Source: a virus
Taxonomy: Duplodnaviria > Caudoviricetes
IMG/VR virus record: IMGVR_UViG_3300005805_000063
Location: 22,634 to 86,633 of that record
Reading direction: 5' to 3' (one strand)
DNA: 64,000 nucleotides
The position numbers and the translations under genes are program-made. Shown in pieces: positions 9,641-19,472 of this stretch. Below the pieces are notes generated by a model that was given only the letters and a program-made list of their open reading frames with translations, was not told the origin of the DNA and did not search any database. Position 1 is the stretch's first letter. Every line of letters starts with the position of its first letter.

Positions 9641-11383
9641 TTAATTATTTTGGTTGAGGGTTTCAAATGTTGCAAAACGCCGTTTGTTTGCTTCAATAAA
9701 CTCGTTTGTACCAACTTCATCTCCGGTAGGATAGTAATTATTAGCCTTTGGCTCATATCCCGCAGGAATACCGGACAGTTTATTAAACAGTTTGGGGTCG
9801 GTATACTCACCAAAGATAGGAAATTCCCAAACATCATTATTAAATGCACTACGCCAAAAAGATTCATTTTCTCTAGAACCAGATGTTGTATGCAGTTTTA
9901 ATTCATTTATTGTATTGTCATCTACCTGACTTGGAGCATATCCTATTGAGGTAAGGAAATTATATACCTGCTTATAGTCATCAGATGTTCTATCCCCTTG
10001 AAATTGACCTTTAAGTATTACTGCACTAGATACTGGATTTTTAGTATCTTCTCTTGCACCAATTACTTCCTTTAAACCTTTTCCAGAATTGCTTATAAGT
10101 GTAGAACCTAAGAAATCCGGCTTTGCAACAATTTCGCTGAAGAGCTTTTGCATAGCGGGAGGAATTGGGACTAGTTTCCCAGCATTAGGACCATCAACCG
10201 CTGGAATGTACATGTTCTGAGCTCCAATTGCCTGAGTTGCATATAAATCATTAAAGTTCCTTTTTGCAACAGGAGACTCGTCATCTCTAACTTTAACGGA
10301 TGTTTTAGATTTATCTAAAATAGTAGAAGGGTCAACTCGATGATATGGAACTTCAGACTTTCTACCGCCAAATCCAAAGTCAATATATTCAGAAGGTCTT
10401 CCTAAACCTCCGGTTGCCTGCAATTCAAAATGACTTATGGGAGCCAATCCCTGTAATTCCTTGGAGGCTTGGAGACTAGTGCTTACTCCAACTCCCCTTT
10501 CTTGTACATATTGAGACTCGGCAATTTCTTTGATAAAATTCAAAAAGTATTGATTTGCCTGTTCTTCACTTGGTTTTACACCTTCATTTAACGCCTTAGT
10601 TACATAAGCACCATAAATTGTATTTTTCTCCTGAACAGAAAGTCCAATTCCGTTTAATAAAAGATTTGCCTTTTTTGCAATAGAAGCTCGATTGTCTTTT
10701 GTGGTAACATTGTAAAGATTTCCAACAGCTTCATCTTTTACATAACCTTTTGTATCTAAAAAGTTATTTACAGAATTACGAACATCTTCCATTTTAGCCA
10801 TGTTCATGGCAAATGGCTCATCTTTATTAACAAAGCCTCTTACTGATGTTAAATGATTATATTGTTCAGCACCTGTTATGGGAGTATATTCATTTTCATT
10901 AAATAAGAAGGCAGATACATTTTCTACTGCTTTTGTTTTCTTATTAATTGCTTTTATACGACCTGAATCGTAATTGTAATATGGAAGATTTCCCTTTTCA
11001 GATTCCTTTTTATATTCTTCTTGAGAAAGCTTAAATGCATTTTGAGCGTAATTAAGTTTTGGATTGTTTACATAATACTGTAATCCTTTTACTTTATCTT
11101 TCCCTTCCCTGCTAAAAGCATAAAAAGGATTCTCATTATACTTATTTAAGTAATCGGTTATTTGAGACTGTATCTCAGAAGTAACAAGCGATGCACTAGC
11201 TGGGTCAAGGTCATACTTACTTACCGTATCCATCAATTTTGCATAGTCAGGGGTAAGCTGAGCAGCTTCTGCTAAAAGCTGAGACCTACCCTGACGCGCA
11301 ATTGCATTTCTAATTCCTTTTCTTGATGGACCTGTAACCCTGAAGCCTTGTGCAGGAGGAATCAAAGAATCTAAATCAGCCAT
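9641..11383 (-). CDS. Virion cargo/ejection protein (580 aa)
   Basis: Long ORF between the muzzle/cargo genes and the giant vRNAP gene. The call is positional; no catalytic motif recognised. Confidence 0.55.
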   Translation of the reverse strand: MADLDSLIPPAQGFRVTGPSRKGIRNAIARQGRSQLLAEAAQLTPDYAKLMDTVSKYDLDPASASLVTSEIQSQITDYLNKYNENPFYAFSREGKDKVKGLQYYVNNPKLNYAQNAFKLSQEEYKKESEKGNLPYYNYDSGRIKAINKKTKAVENVSAFLFNENEYTPITGAEQYNHLTSVRGFVNKDEPFAMNMAKMEDVRNSVNNFLDTKGYVKDEAVGNLYNVTTKDNRASIAKKANLLLNGIGLSVQEKNTIYGAYVTKALNEGVKPSEEQANQYFLNFIKEIAESQYVQERGVGVSTSLQASKELQGLAPISHFELQATGGLGRPSEYIDFGFGGRKSEVPYHRVDPSTILDKSKTSVKVRDDESPVAKRNFNDLYATQAIGAQNMYIPAVDGPNAGKLVPIPPAMQKLFSEIVAKPDFLGSTLISNSGKGLKEVIGAREDTKNPVSSAVILKGQFQGDRTSDDYKQVYNFLTSIGYAPSQVDDNTINELKLHTTSGSRENESFWRSAFNNDVWEFPIFGEYTDPKLFNKLSGIPAGYEPKANNYYPTGDEVGTNEFIEANKRRFATFETLNQNN

Positions 11384-11384
11384 A

Positions 11385-13649
11385 TTATTTCCTTAACAGA
11401 TTTGCCGCTTTGAGTTTCATTCCCTTCTTGCCCTTTGTAGGTTCCTTTGTAGGTTGCGGAAGCATTGAATTAAAATATTGTTGAGCTGATTTAACATTTT
11501 CAGGACCATATCGCTCTGGATTTTTCAATACTTCCATTGCCATATCTCGCTGTGATTGTGCTTTATCAGCTGCTCCATAACGCATCCTGTCAACAAGATT
11601 TGCAAATGCAGTTTCGTAACCCTGTTGCTTATTCGCAAAATTTTGAGCACCAGTCTGCCAATCAAAATATGACTTTCTACCCGCTTGCTCAGCTGCCATT
11701 TGAGCATTAAACATATCTGCCTTGTTTTGCATTTCCATTGCTTGGGCTGCAGTTTGTCTCTTTTGCAATGCATTTTGAGTCTGCCACTGATTTTGAATCT
11801 GTTTGTTCTGAGCCTCTGCCATGTTTCCGTACATAAGCTTTTCCCTTGAATCGGCAGTCATACGGTCATAAGCAGGTTGAACATTCATTACTTGTGGCTT
11901 GGGAAGATCCGATGGTACAGGAGTCCTGAAATTGACTTTCTGAACAGGACCCATTTTGATTTTAGGCATCTTTTGAGTTGATGCTAAAAGAGGAGCTCCT
12001 ACAATAAGACCAGTCTCGAGTGCATTTCCCCAATCAAATTTGTTTTGACTCTTTCCTCCGCCCATTGATTCACTCGTATACAATCCACTTCTACTAATCT
12101 GACCGGCTGTTTCTGCAAGTTGTAGTCCGAATTGTCCTTTAGGAAGAATGCCTCCAAATTTCCTCATGTGCATACCTCCTTCTTCGGCCATTCTGCGAGA
12201 AGCTTCTTCAGTCCTTTTAATATTGGCATTTATTTGAGCTTGATTTCGCCTTGCTTGTGCAGCTTTTTGTTTTACATATTTATCAGCTGCAATCTCCCTT
12301 CTAATTTCAGTTCTTGTCTTTGGAGCTTTTGTTGCATACTCACCCATAATAGGCTTTTGGGGGCGAGGCTGTGCTTTTGGCAGCCCAAGAAGTTCTTTAG
12401 AAGTTACTGGCTGAGAAGTAGGAGTTGTAATTGTCTGTCCGGATGAGGGATTATAATTAACACCTCGTTCTCTTGCCATACGGCTTATTTTTGGTTCTGG
12501 AAGTCCCAAAGGTTGTTTTGCAGCAGGAGTTACAGGAGCCGAAGGTTTTACAGGACTTGTTTTAGGAGCAGATTTAAAAAATGAGGCAGCTTTATTAAAT
12601 CCTTGTTTTGCAGCTTGTTGAAAACCTTTATTTTTTATCAAATTATAGGCAGACTTTGTCAACTGAGGAAGTTGTGTAATTCCTTTTGCAATTGGTCCTG
12701 CTGTAAATGCTGTTACTGCTGCATTAACAATCTCTGCTTTTCTTTCATCTGAAAGTTCTTTAAAAGCATCGCTTACAATAATATCCCTATTTTTATAAGG
12801 ATATGTTTTTTTAAGCTGAATCATTTTATCATATAGCTTTTGATTAAATTCTTTTGCAGGACTATATGATTTTTGAGTAAGAACATTTCCGTAATATCCC
12901 ATGCCCTTATGGGCATTTTCTACAAATAAACTCTCTGCCGGATAGACAGCACGACTTCTAAAAAACTCATCATCTGATAGTTGTTTGCCCATGTGAGCAA
13001 AATGAGCGTCTTCCTCACCGGTAAAGTCTGATTCGGGTCTTTTTAATAAATCCGGAATCTGAACTTTTGTAGGCTTTACACTAGGTCTTTTCTTAGGTTC
13101 TGTAGGGGGAGTATTCAAATCCCCAGATTTTGGTTTATCGCCGTCTCCAGATTTTGGAGGTTCATTGTCTCCAGATTTTAGAGATTCATTGTCTCCAGAT
13201 TTTGGTTTATCGCCATCTTGAGAAACAGTAGAAGTAGTAGTGGGAGCCGACTTTCCAATTAAAGTCGAAGTGAGACCAGCAAGATAGTTGACATTACGTC
13301 CAAGGCCCATCAATCTTGCAGGAGTTGTTTTATCCCGCATTCCTGTTGTGCGAGTGGAGGTAGGTTGAGGAGTTGCACCAGCATCCGTTTTGAAAATGGT
13401 ATTAAACCTTTTTCCAGATTGATTGAATACAATATCCGCATTTTCATTTGTTTGAAAATGCTCAAGGCCTTTTACTGCCCTTCTGATATCCCTCTTTGAA
13501 AAACCAGCCTCTTCTCCAAGAGTTTGGATATCCTCTGCATTGACATCAGAAATATTCTTATTAAACTTCTTGCTAAGAAGTTCTGCTGCAGATATGCCTT
13601 CGGTGGCTAATCCGGTTTTTCTTGAACTACTTCCAAACTTCTTTGCCAT
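11385..13649 (-). CDS. Virion cargo protein (754 aa), low complexity with Gln/Ala-rich C-terminus
   Basis: Position after the muzzle; KSGD repeats, KFGGIL/GQFGLQ/GKKGMK motifs, Q/A-rich helical tail. Confidence 0.55.
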   Translation of the reverse strand: MAKKFGSSSRKTGLATEGISAAELLSKKFNKNISDVNAEDIQTLGEEAGFSKRDIRRAVKGLEHFQTNENADIVFNQSGKRFNTIFKTDAGATPQPTSTRTTGMRDKTTPARLMGLGRNVNYLAGLTSTLIGKSAPTTTSTVSQDGDKPKSGDNESLKSGDNEPPKSGDGDKPKSGDLNTPPTEPKKRPSVKPTKVQIPDLLKRPESDFTGEEDAHFAHMGKQLSDDEFFRSRAVYPAESLFVENAHKGMGYYGNVLTQKSYSPAKEFNQKLYDKMIQLKKTYPYKNRDIIVSDAFKELSDERKAEIVNAAVTAFTAGPIAKGITQLPQLTKSAYNLIKNKGFQQAAKQGFNKAASFFKSAPKTSPVKPSAPVTPAAKQPLGLPEPKISRMARERGVNYNPSSGQTITTPTSQPVTSKELLGLPKAQPRPQKPIMGEYATKAPKTRTEIRREIAADKYVKQKAAQARRNQAQINANIKRTEEASRRMAEEGGMHMRKFGGILPKGQFGLQLAETAGQISRSGLYTSESMGGGKSQNKFDWGNALETGLIVGAPLLASTQKMPKIKMGPVQKVNFRTPVPSDLPKPQVMNVQPAYDRMTADSREKLMYGNMAEAQNKQIQNQWQTQNALQKRQTAAQAMEMQNKADMFNAQMAAEQAGRKSYFDWQTGAQNFANKQQGYETAFANLVDRMRYGAADKAQSQRDMAMEVLKNPERYGPENVKSAQQYFNSMLPQPTKEPTKGKKGMKLKAANLLRK
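13121..13217 (-). repeat. In-frame 21-24 nt tandem repeat encoding four KSGD units
   Basis: DGDKPKSGDNESLKSGDNEPPKSGDGDKPKSGDL; CCAGATTT recurs four times on the + strand. Confidence 0.85.
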
Positions 13650-13652
13650 AAC

Positions 13653-14210
13653 TTAAATGGTTTCCATTGTATCGGGTTCCTGACCAAATTGATTAGCGGC
13701 TTCTGCAGCCCGTGCTTCCGGAGCCTCTCCTGCAGCCATTTCTTGTTCTTGTGCCGCCTGACTTTCTTCTTGGCTTGAAATCATTTCCACTACTGCAAAG
13801 CCAAGTTGCATAGCCATCTGCTGAGCGGTCTGCTCATCGCCTGATTCCATAGCCTGTGCAATCTGCATGGCAGCTTGCTCAAGCATCTGAGTATGCTCGC
13901 GTGAGAATACGCGCTCGCCACCTTCAATCTCTGCTACCGGTTCACCGGTATCCTCCTGCTGTACCTGAATACCACCTTCAGAGTGACTAGGTCCTTGTGC
14001 AAGACCACCATCCTGAAGAGGCTGCATGTAACCACCATTCTGCATATGAGCAGAAGTCATACCACGAGCAAGTTCGTACCGCATGCTTGACTCATTCGAT
14101 ACTTTGCCTCCATCACCGTATACCTTGCGGATGACACTTTCGTCACCAGAGATTTCGGTGGTCTTCTTAATAGTAAATTTAGGCTTTTCAGCCTTTGCTT
14201 GATTCATCAT
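13653..14210 (-). CDS. Virion cargo protein (185 aa)
   Basis: Contains GPSHSEGGI...VAEIEGGERVF, a block I recall from crAss-like cargo proteins, plus several xxGG motifs. Confidence 0.55.
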   Translation of the reverse strand: MMNQAKAEKPKFTIKKTTEISGDESVIRKVYGDGGKVSNESSMRYELARGMTSAHMQNGGYMQPLQDGGLAQGPSHSEGGIQVQQEDTGEPVAEIEGGERVFSREHTQMLEQAAMQIAQAMESGDEQTAQQMAMQLGFAVVEMISSQEESQAAQEQEMAAGEAPEARAAEAANQFGQEPDTMETI

Positions 14211-14725
14211 TTTTTCGAGTATTTAGTTTTGAATTTCATTCCTTTCTTTCCATAAGCCGGAGCCTGGTATTTGGGCATTTTGTTATAGCTGAGTGCCCCC
14301 TCAGTTGCGTTATTAATTGTTTGTCCTGTCAAACGTGCGGATTCATAATCCCTTTTCGCACGCCTTTCAGCTCCTTGTCCAAATGGTATAAAATTAGCAG
14401 CCATTCCTAATCCCTTTAGTCCAAGTCCAACTGCAGTACCTATACCGGGTACAAGCATTGCCAAATCTCCGGCAGCACTCAGACCGCCTGAAATCTGTTT
14501 TTTGGTAGCTTGATTCTTAGCTAAAGTCTTATTGTAATTATTTGCTGCAACGTTTGCCCAAGGATTTCCATCTTCAAAATCAATGGTGGAATTACTCCTT
14601 GCACCAAAGGCATTTCCCAAAACATCAAAGCCAGCACCAATTCCTTTCATTGATGACTGACTTAGAAAACCTCCTTTTTGATACTTAAAAGGCTTTTTAG
14701 CAAATTTTGATTTGGCTGTTTTCAT
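14207..14725 (-). CDS. Virion cargo protein (172 aa) with Gly/Ala-rich hydrophobic segment
   Basis: Immediately after the muzzle; GLSAAGDLAMLVPGIGTAVGLGLKGLG may insert into membranes. Confidence 0.55.
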   Translation of the reverse strand: MKTAKSKFAKKPFKYQKGGFLSQSSMKGIGAGFDVLGNAFGARSNSTIDFEDGNPWANVAANNYNKTLAKNQATKKQISGGLSAAGDLAMLVPGIGTAVGLGLKGLGMAANFIPFGQGAERRAKRDYESARLTGQTINNATEGALSYNKMPKYQAPAYGKKGMKFKTKYSKK

Positions 14726-14730
14726 GCAGT

Positions 14731-17700
14731 TTACGACCTCGAATATCGGAAATAAGTTAATATACTAGCAAGTTCCAAAGGCTTATTCTTGACCGAGTCA
14801 AAAGAGTAAGTCAATCGAATAATTACATGTTTATCTCTGATGCGACCTTCTATTTCCCAAGTAGTGTATGGGTCATCGTTTCCAGAATTAAATACAGACC
14901 TGACAGGCGCATGAACAACATATCTACGGTCCCTGTAAACGATGGGGGATTTCTCGAGATAACTGTTAACCTCATTCAGCACAACTCCATACTGACCATA
15001 ATCTGTTGTTGCAGTATCCAGAGTAAACTCAATATCATTCTCCTGATTGTAGGTATATACCTCAATCTTATCAGGAGCAACCTCATTTGATACCAGGTTG
15101 AAGTAGTCAATTATTTTTGCAATGGTCACTCCGCGATTGACTACAACCTCAACAATGGTTTGAGTTTCCTGATTGTATAACTGATAGTTTGTAATATCAG
15201 GACTATTATGTTTGTGTGCCTGATTGCCAATAAAGCTGTAGAACTCTTTTCCTCTGCGTGCAAATAAATCAACATCATTCATTGTATAGAATGAGGTGAA
15301 TTTGCCTACAATCTCGCTATAGCACAAAGTCCAATCTTGTGTCTTGAATATGACTTCATTGTTGCTAATATCATACCCGGATGCTGGCAGGCTTGCATCA
15401 TGAAGATTAAGCCATGTTGATATTTGGGCCTCATCAGATATTACACGCAGACCATCTTGTACAGCCCAGATTTTCTTTTTTGCTTGGTCAATACCATATA
15501 CAGCACCAGGAGTCTGAACAAGCGTCATGTTATCCTGCGCTCCAATCTCCCTTGATAGATAGGTCAGGATTGGAGGAAGTACTGTTGTAGGCTCTACAAA
15601 GATTGCGCCCGCGCCATCCTTACCAGTTTCAATACGCTGGTTGATACCTCCAATTCCTATACCATGCTGGAATACAACAAGTACATTCCCTCGATGGTTG
15701 AACATGGCTATAATAGGACCCATTGAGGTATCGTAATCCTTATAGCTGTTTTGCAAGAAAGACCTGTATCCGTTTCTAAAACTGTTCGGTATATGACGCT
15801 CGCTATGATATATGCGATTCATAAACCGTGTTTTCTCTGAAACAATAAGATCTGAAATATTAAAGAAACTCTTTAGTGTAGAAGTTACACTGTATCCTGG
15901 AGAATGAGCAATTGTTTCAGGAAGGCGTACTTTACGATAGTTTGTAACATCTCCTAAAGTCTTGTAAGGAAAGAAACTCCTCTCTTCAAGTTCAGAAGAA
16001 TCGTATTGTTTTTGCTGTCGAAGGTGAAGATTATATTTTGATTCTTGCCACCAAGTAATAATTAATCCAGAATCAATATTCCATCTGTTTTTTGCTTCTC
16101 CACTTCCAGTAAGAAAATTTGATGGATTCCTTTCGGGCGTCTGAGAAAGTCTACGACTAACTTCTGATATATAAGAATCCCCGCCGTAGACCGGAATAAT
16201 ATTTGAGATTGCAGCTGCTTGTGACCAGCTGTAACGACGAGTTACTTGTTTATAAGTAAGATTATCAATTGAAGTATATAAATCATCAGGTGCTGCTGGA
16301 TTTTGCTGAGGGTATATATTTACAAGAAACCCAGCGTTTACAGGATTTGCTCCAAACAATGAATCGTCATACGGATAATTTGCAAATCCTGAGACACAAT
16401 CAACCGTTGAACCATAGGGTAGCGGAGTGAGAATATTATTGATGTTGCTCGCGCTAGGATAGTATAAATATCTTGGACCAATTGGATTGGTACTGGCACT
16501 TCCCCCATCATAGGTTAAAGTTGCCCCTGATATTTTTACACCAAAATAACTATTATACGCCTGATTTACCCAATATTCTTTATCGCCTGTATCTCCGACA
16601 AAACTTTGAGTTTTAAGAGCTACTGTTAATTTAGATACAAAATCGCTTCCTGTTGCAAGACTTTCCTCAGGGACAAACGAAAGTTTTTCTACAAGCTGAG
16701 CATTTGAAGCATAGGTTGAAAAATCAACCATCTTGTAATAGGGAGCAAATCTTCTATATGTTGCATTGCTAGATGCATCTGTAAAATATGGAAAAGAGGT
16801 GGATGCATTAATGGAACCTAACGGCTGTGCTGCAAATTGCAGTTTCATTAATTGCCGAAGACCTGCACCATCTCTTTGAAGAGATGTCACGTATTCTGGC
16901 TGATTCATTAATGCTTCTCCAGATATCAAAGCCCAATGCCTCAGAACCGGAGTTCCTCCTGATATTTCAGAACTGAATATATTTCCAATCAGACTGTGTT
17001 GAAATGGAGAATTGTACCTTAAAGATACAGGCATCAATCCAGCACTCATTTCTCCAAAAGAATCTATTGCAACACTATCCGTAAATCCATTATAGTAGTA
17101 AGCTTCTACAATAGAATCAAAATTGATAAGATGTTTAAAAACAGATAGATTATAAAGAGATGTGTCTCTGTCTTTGTAATATGGAGTAAGACTATTATTT
17201 GAATCAATTGCTTCAGTTGCAGGTGCTTTAATTGTTGGTACAAGTAATCCCTGAGTAAGCATATTTGGCCTTCTTTCTGCACGTACAAAAAAGAATCCAG
17301 CGGCTTGATTTGTTATTGTAGAACTTGATGCTAAAGAAGATACATTGACTGAAAGATATTTTGCACTCAGACTGACCATTGCTGAGTTAAATGGAGGTAC
17401 AGAATTTGAATCTTCAAATGTTACAAGTCCCTTTCCATCATTTATTGCAGCAGATGTCTTATTCTTTGAGCTTATTGGAAATACAGGAGATGTACTTCCA
17501 TCATTCATTATAAAGACAATTCCAAAAGCGTAGGTCTCTCCGCCCATGTACCCGAGATACTTGTAGGTATTTTCAGGGTTTGCATAGCCTTGGAGAGAAC
17601 CTGTAAGTTGGAGAGTTTTGTAGGTAAGTGTAGGGGAAAGATTTCCAGCGGCACTTCTGAGAGAAGTATATGTGATTTCACGCTGTTTTACATCTCCTAA

Positions 17701-18756
17701 GAGATAATAACCCCCAACCTGAGTAGAAGCACTCGCCGACTGAATAGTTGCGTACTCAATATCAACTTCCGATTGTGCAACTTCAGTAACTTCCTCATAT
17801 CCGGTGTGTACAAATTCCATTGCACTGCCGGTAATTTCAATAGGCTCTACAAATTCAAGGTATTGTTGCAGAAGTCCGTCCTGACCAGCTGAGTAGAGAA
17901 CATATATTTTAAGATACCTGAAATTAGTATCAATATTACTCAGAGAGAGTCGTACTCTTTTATTGGTGACTTGAGTTTCATCGCCACCTTCTACATTTGT
18001 CTGACTGGTACCAAAAAATACCTGACATATCGATGATTGTTCTATAACAGAGGTTCTGTTAAAATTCTCAGTCATGTAATAAAATACATACTGGTAGTTA
18101 CCGGGTTTTAACTTACCTCCGCTTTCAATTGCACCGTAATCGACAACAAGAACTTGGGATGTATAAGGAATTAAAGAAGTCTCTTTTTCAACTGTACTTG
18201 TAGTGTATGAATTTGAGGCTTCTATTGCATCCCTGTTGGCAATTATTTCAAAAGTAAATGCCTCAAACTTTGAGTTGACAATCCTTGGTTTTAAGTCTTT
18301 GATTGTAAAGCAAAGATTGACAGAGTTATCAAAGTCCTGCTGAACTTCAAGTTTTTGGATTACAGGCTTAGTGGTCGAAGTTGTTCCAAATAGATTTGTC
18401 CTGAATGGACCTAGATTGAAATTATTGAAAGGACGATATGTATTGTCAAATCCTGAACCACCATATATGGGAGACGGATAAGAACCTAGTTCAATATATC
18501 CGTTGCTCTCATTCCAAGAAATGATATACAGGACATTTGCATATTCCTGAGCCGCTATTGCCTGATATCCTGAAGTTAGCTGAAACGCCTCATCCGTACC
18601 CTGTAAATTGGTGACTACGTACGAGGACGACTGGTGGTTTACAATTCTGAGATTTTGGCCAAAACGCAGCGTGTCTGAAGGCAAGACCATGTCCGAGGGG
18701 TCAATGGCCATACCTTTTGTAAAGGTATTTGACTGTACGTCTTGGTTTACTCTCAT
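14731..18756 (-). CDS. Tail muzzle/stabilisation protein (1341 aa)
   Basis: N-terminus NTFTKGMAID..LRFGQNLRI, GKLKPGNYQYVFYY, GYMGGETYAFGIVFI and C-terminal SFLQNSYKDYDTSMGPI, together with size and position, fit crAss-like muzzle proteins. Confidence 0.75.
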   Translation of the reverse strand: MRVNQDVQSNTFTKGMAIDPSDMVLPSDTLRFGQNLRIVNHQSSSYVVTNLQGTDEAFQLTSGYQAIAAQEYANVLYIISWNESNGYIELGSYPSPIYGGSGFDNTYRPFNNFNLGPFRTNLFGTTSTTKPVIQKLEVQQDFDNSVNLCFTIKDLKPRIVNSKFEAFTFEIIANRDAIEASNSYTTSTVEKETSLIPYTSQVLVVDYGAIESGGKLKPGNYQYVFYYMTENFNRTSVIEQSSICQVFFGTSQTNVEGGDETQVTNKRVRLSLSNIDTNFRYLKIYVLYSAGQDGLLQQYLEFVEPIEITGSAMEFVHTGYEEVTEVAQSEVDIEYATIQSASASTQVGGYYLLGDVKQREITYTSLRSAAGNLSPTLTYKTLQLTGSLQGYANPENTYKYLGYMGGETYAFGIVFIMNDGSTSPVFPISSKNKTSAAINDGKGLVTFEDSNSVPPFNSAMVSLSAKYLSVNVSSLASSSTITNQAAGFFFVRAERRPNMLTQGLLVPTIKAPATEAIDSNNSLTPYYKDRDTSLYNLSVFKHLINFDSIVEAYYYNGFTDSVAIDSFGEMSAGLMPVSLRYNSPFQHSLIGNIFSSEISGGTPVLRHWALISGEALMNQPEYVTSLQRDGAGLRQLMKLQFAAQPLGSINASTSFPYFTDASSNATYRRFAPYYKMVDFSTYASNAQLVEKLSFVPEESLATGSDFVSKLTVALKTQSFVGDTGDKEYWVNQAYNSYFGVKISGATLTYDGGSASTNPIGPRYLYYPSASNINNILTPLPYGSTVDCVSGFANYPYDDSLFGANPVNAGFLVNIYPQQNPAAPDDLYTSIDNLTYKQVTRRYSWSQAAAISNIIPVYGGDSYISEVSRRLSQTPERNPSNFLTGSGEAKNRWNIDSGLIITWWQESKYNLHLRQQKQYDSSELEERSFFPYKTLGDVTNYRKVRLPETIAHSPGYSVTSTLKSFFNISDLIVSEKTRFMNRIYHSERHIPNSFRNGYRSFLQNSYKDYDTSMGPIIAMFNHRGNVLVVFQHGIGIGGINQRIETGKDGAGAIFVEPTTVLPPILTYLSREIGAQDNMTLVQTPGAVYGIDQAKKKIWAVQDGLRVISDEAQISTWLNLHDASLPASGYDISNNEVIFKTQDWTLCYSEIVGKFTSFYTMNDVDLFARRGKEFYSFIGNQAHKHNSPDITNYQLYNQETQTIVEVVVNRGVTIAKIIDYFNLVSNEVAPDKIEVYTYNQENDIEFTLDTATTDYGQYGVVLNEVNSYLEKSPIVYRDRRYVVHAPVRSVFNSGNDDPYTTWEIEGRIRDKHVIIRLTYSFDSVKNKPLELASILTYFRYSRS

Positions 18757-18758
18757 AT

Positions 18759-19469
18759 TTATGCAGGAAGACCAAAGACCTTGCGGTCCATACTGGTCAT
18801 AATGTTGAAGAGATTATCACGTTCATTTGCAGTCAGAGATTCCATAATCATGCTCTGATTTGCCTGAGCCATGTTGCGTTCTTTCCATTGTTCAACCATT
18901 TGCATGGTTTGACCATCGGTTTGTTTCAAAAGAAACAGCGGCTGGTAATATACGTACAATGCATAGTACAGACATCCGTAGAAAGCCGGCTCTGGAACCA
19001 TTGGAAACTTCTCATCATCAAGTTTGATTTCAGTTACCTCAAGGGCAACTTGAATATCTGTTTCGTTGAACTTGACACAAGGACAATCCCATACAAAATC
19101 AATAAATGGTCCTTTGAAGGCGGGGATATAATTATCCTTCAGGAGCTTGATTTCGTTGTTAGTAATATTTGACTCATCGTACTTGAAAATCAGTTGCGGG
19201 GGGTAGTAAACATCATCAGTGACGATTGTCATACCATCCCCTACAACGGGCTGGTCCAAACGAACTGCACCACGCACCTTCCACACATTACCGGGCATGT
19301 TGATACAGTAGTTTGTAACCTGAGCCTGATATACCGACCGTTGAAGTGCGATATATCCCATTTTCTTAAGCGCATCGGCGCAAGCCTGTACAAGCTCGAA
19401 CATATCCATGTCGACCTTGAACTGGGACTTAAGCCTTGCCGCTACAGCACGTATTGAGAAGTATTGCAT
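18759..19469 (-). CDS. Tail ring/tubular protein (236 aa)
   Basis: Directly upstream of the muzzle; LDDEKFPMVPE..FYGCLYY resembles crAss ring proteins. Confidence 0.6.
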   Translation of the reverse strand: MQYFSIRAVAARLKSQFKVDMDMFELVQACADALKKMGYIALQRSVYQAQVTNYCINMPGNVWKVRGAVRLDQPVVGDGMTIVTDDVYYPPQLIFKYDESNITNNEIKLLKDNYIPAFKGPFIDFVWDCPCVKFNETDIQVALEVTEIKLDDEKFPMVPEPAFYGCLYYALYVYYQPLFLLKQTDGQTMQMVEQWKERNMAQANQSMIMESLTANERDNLFNIMTSMDRKVFGLPA

Positions 19470-19472
19470 GTA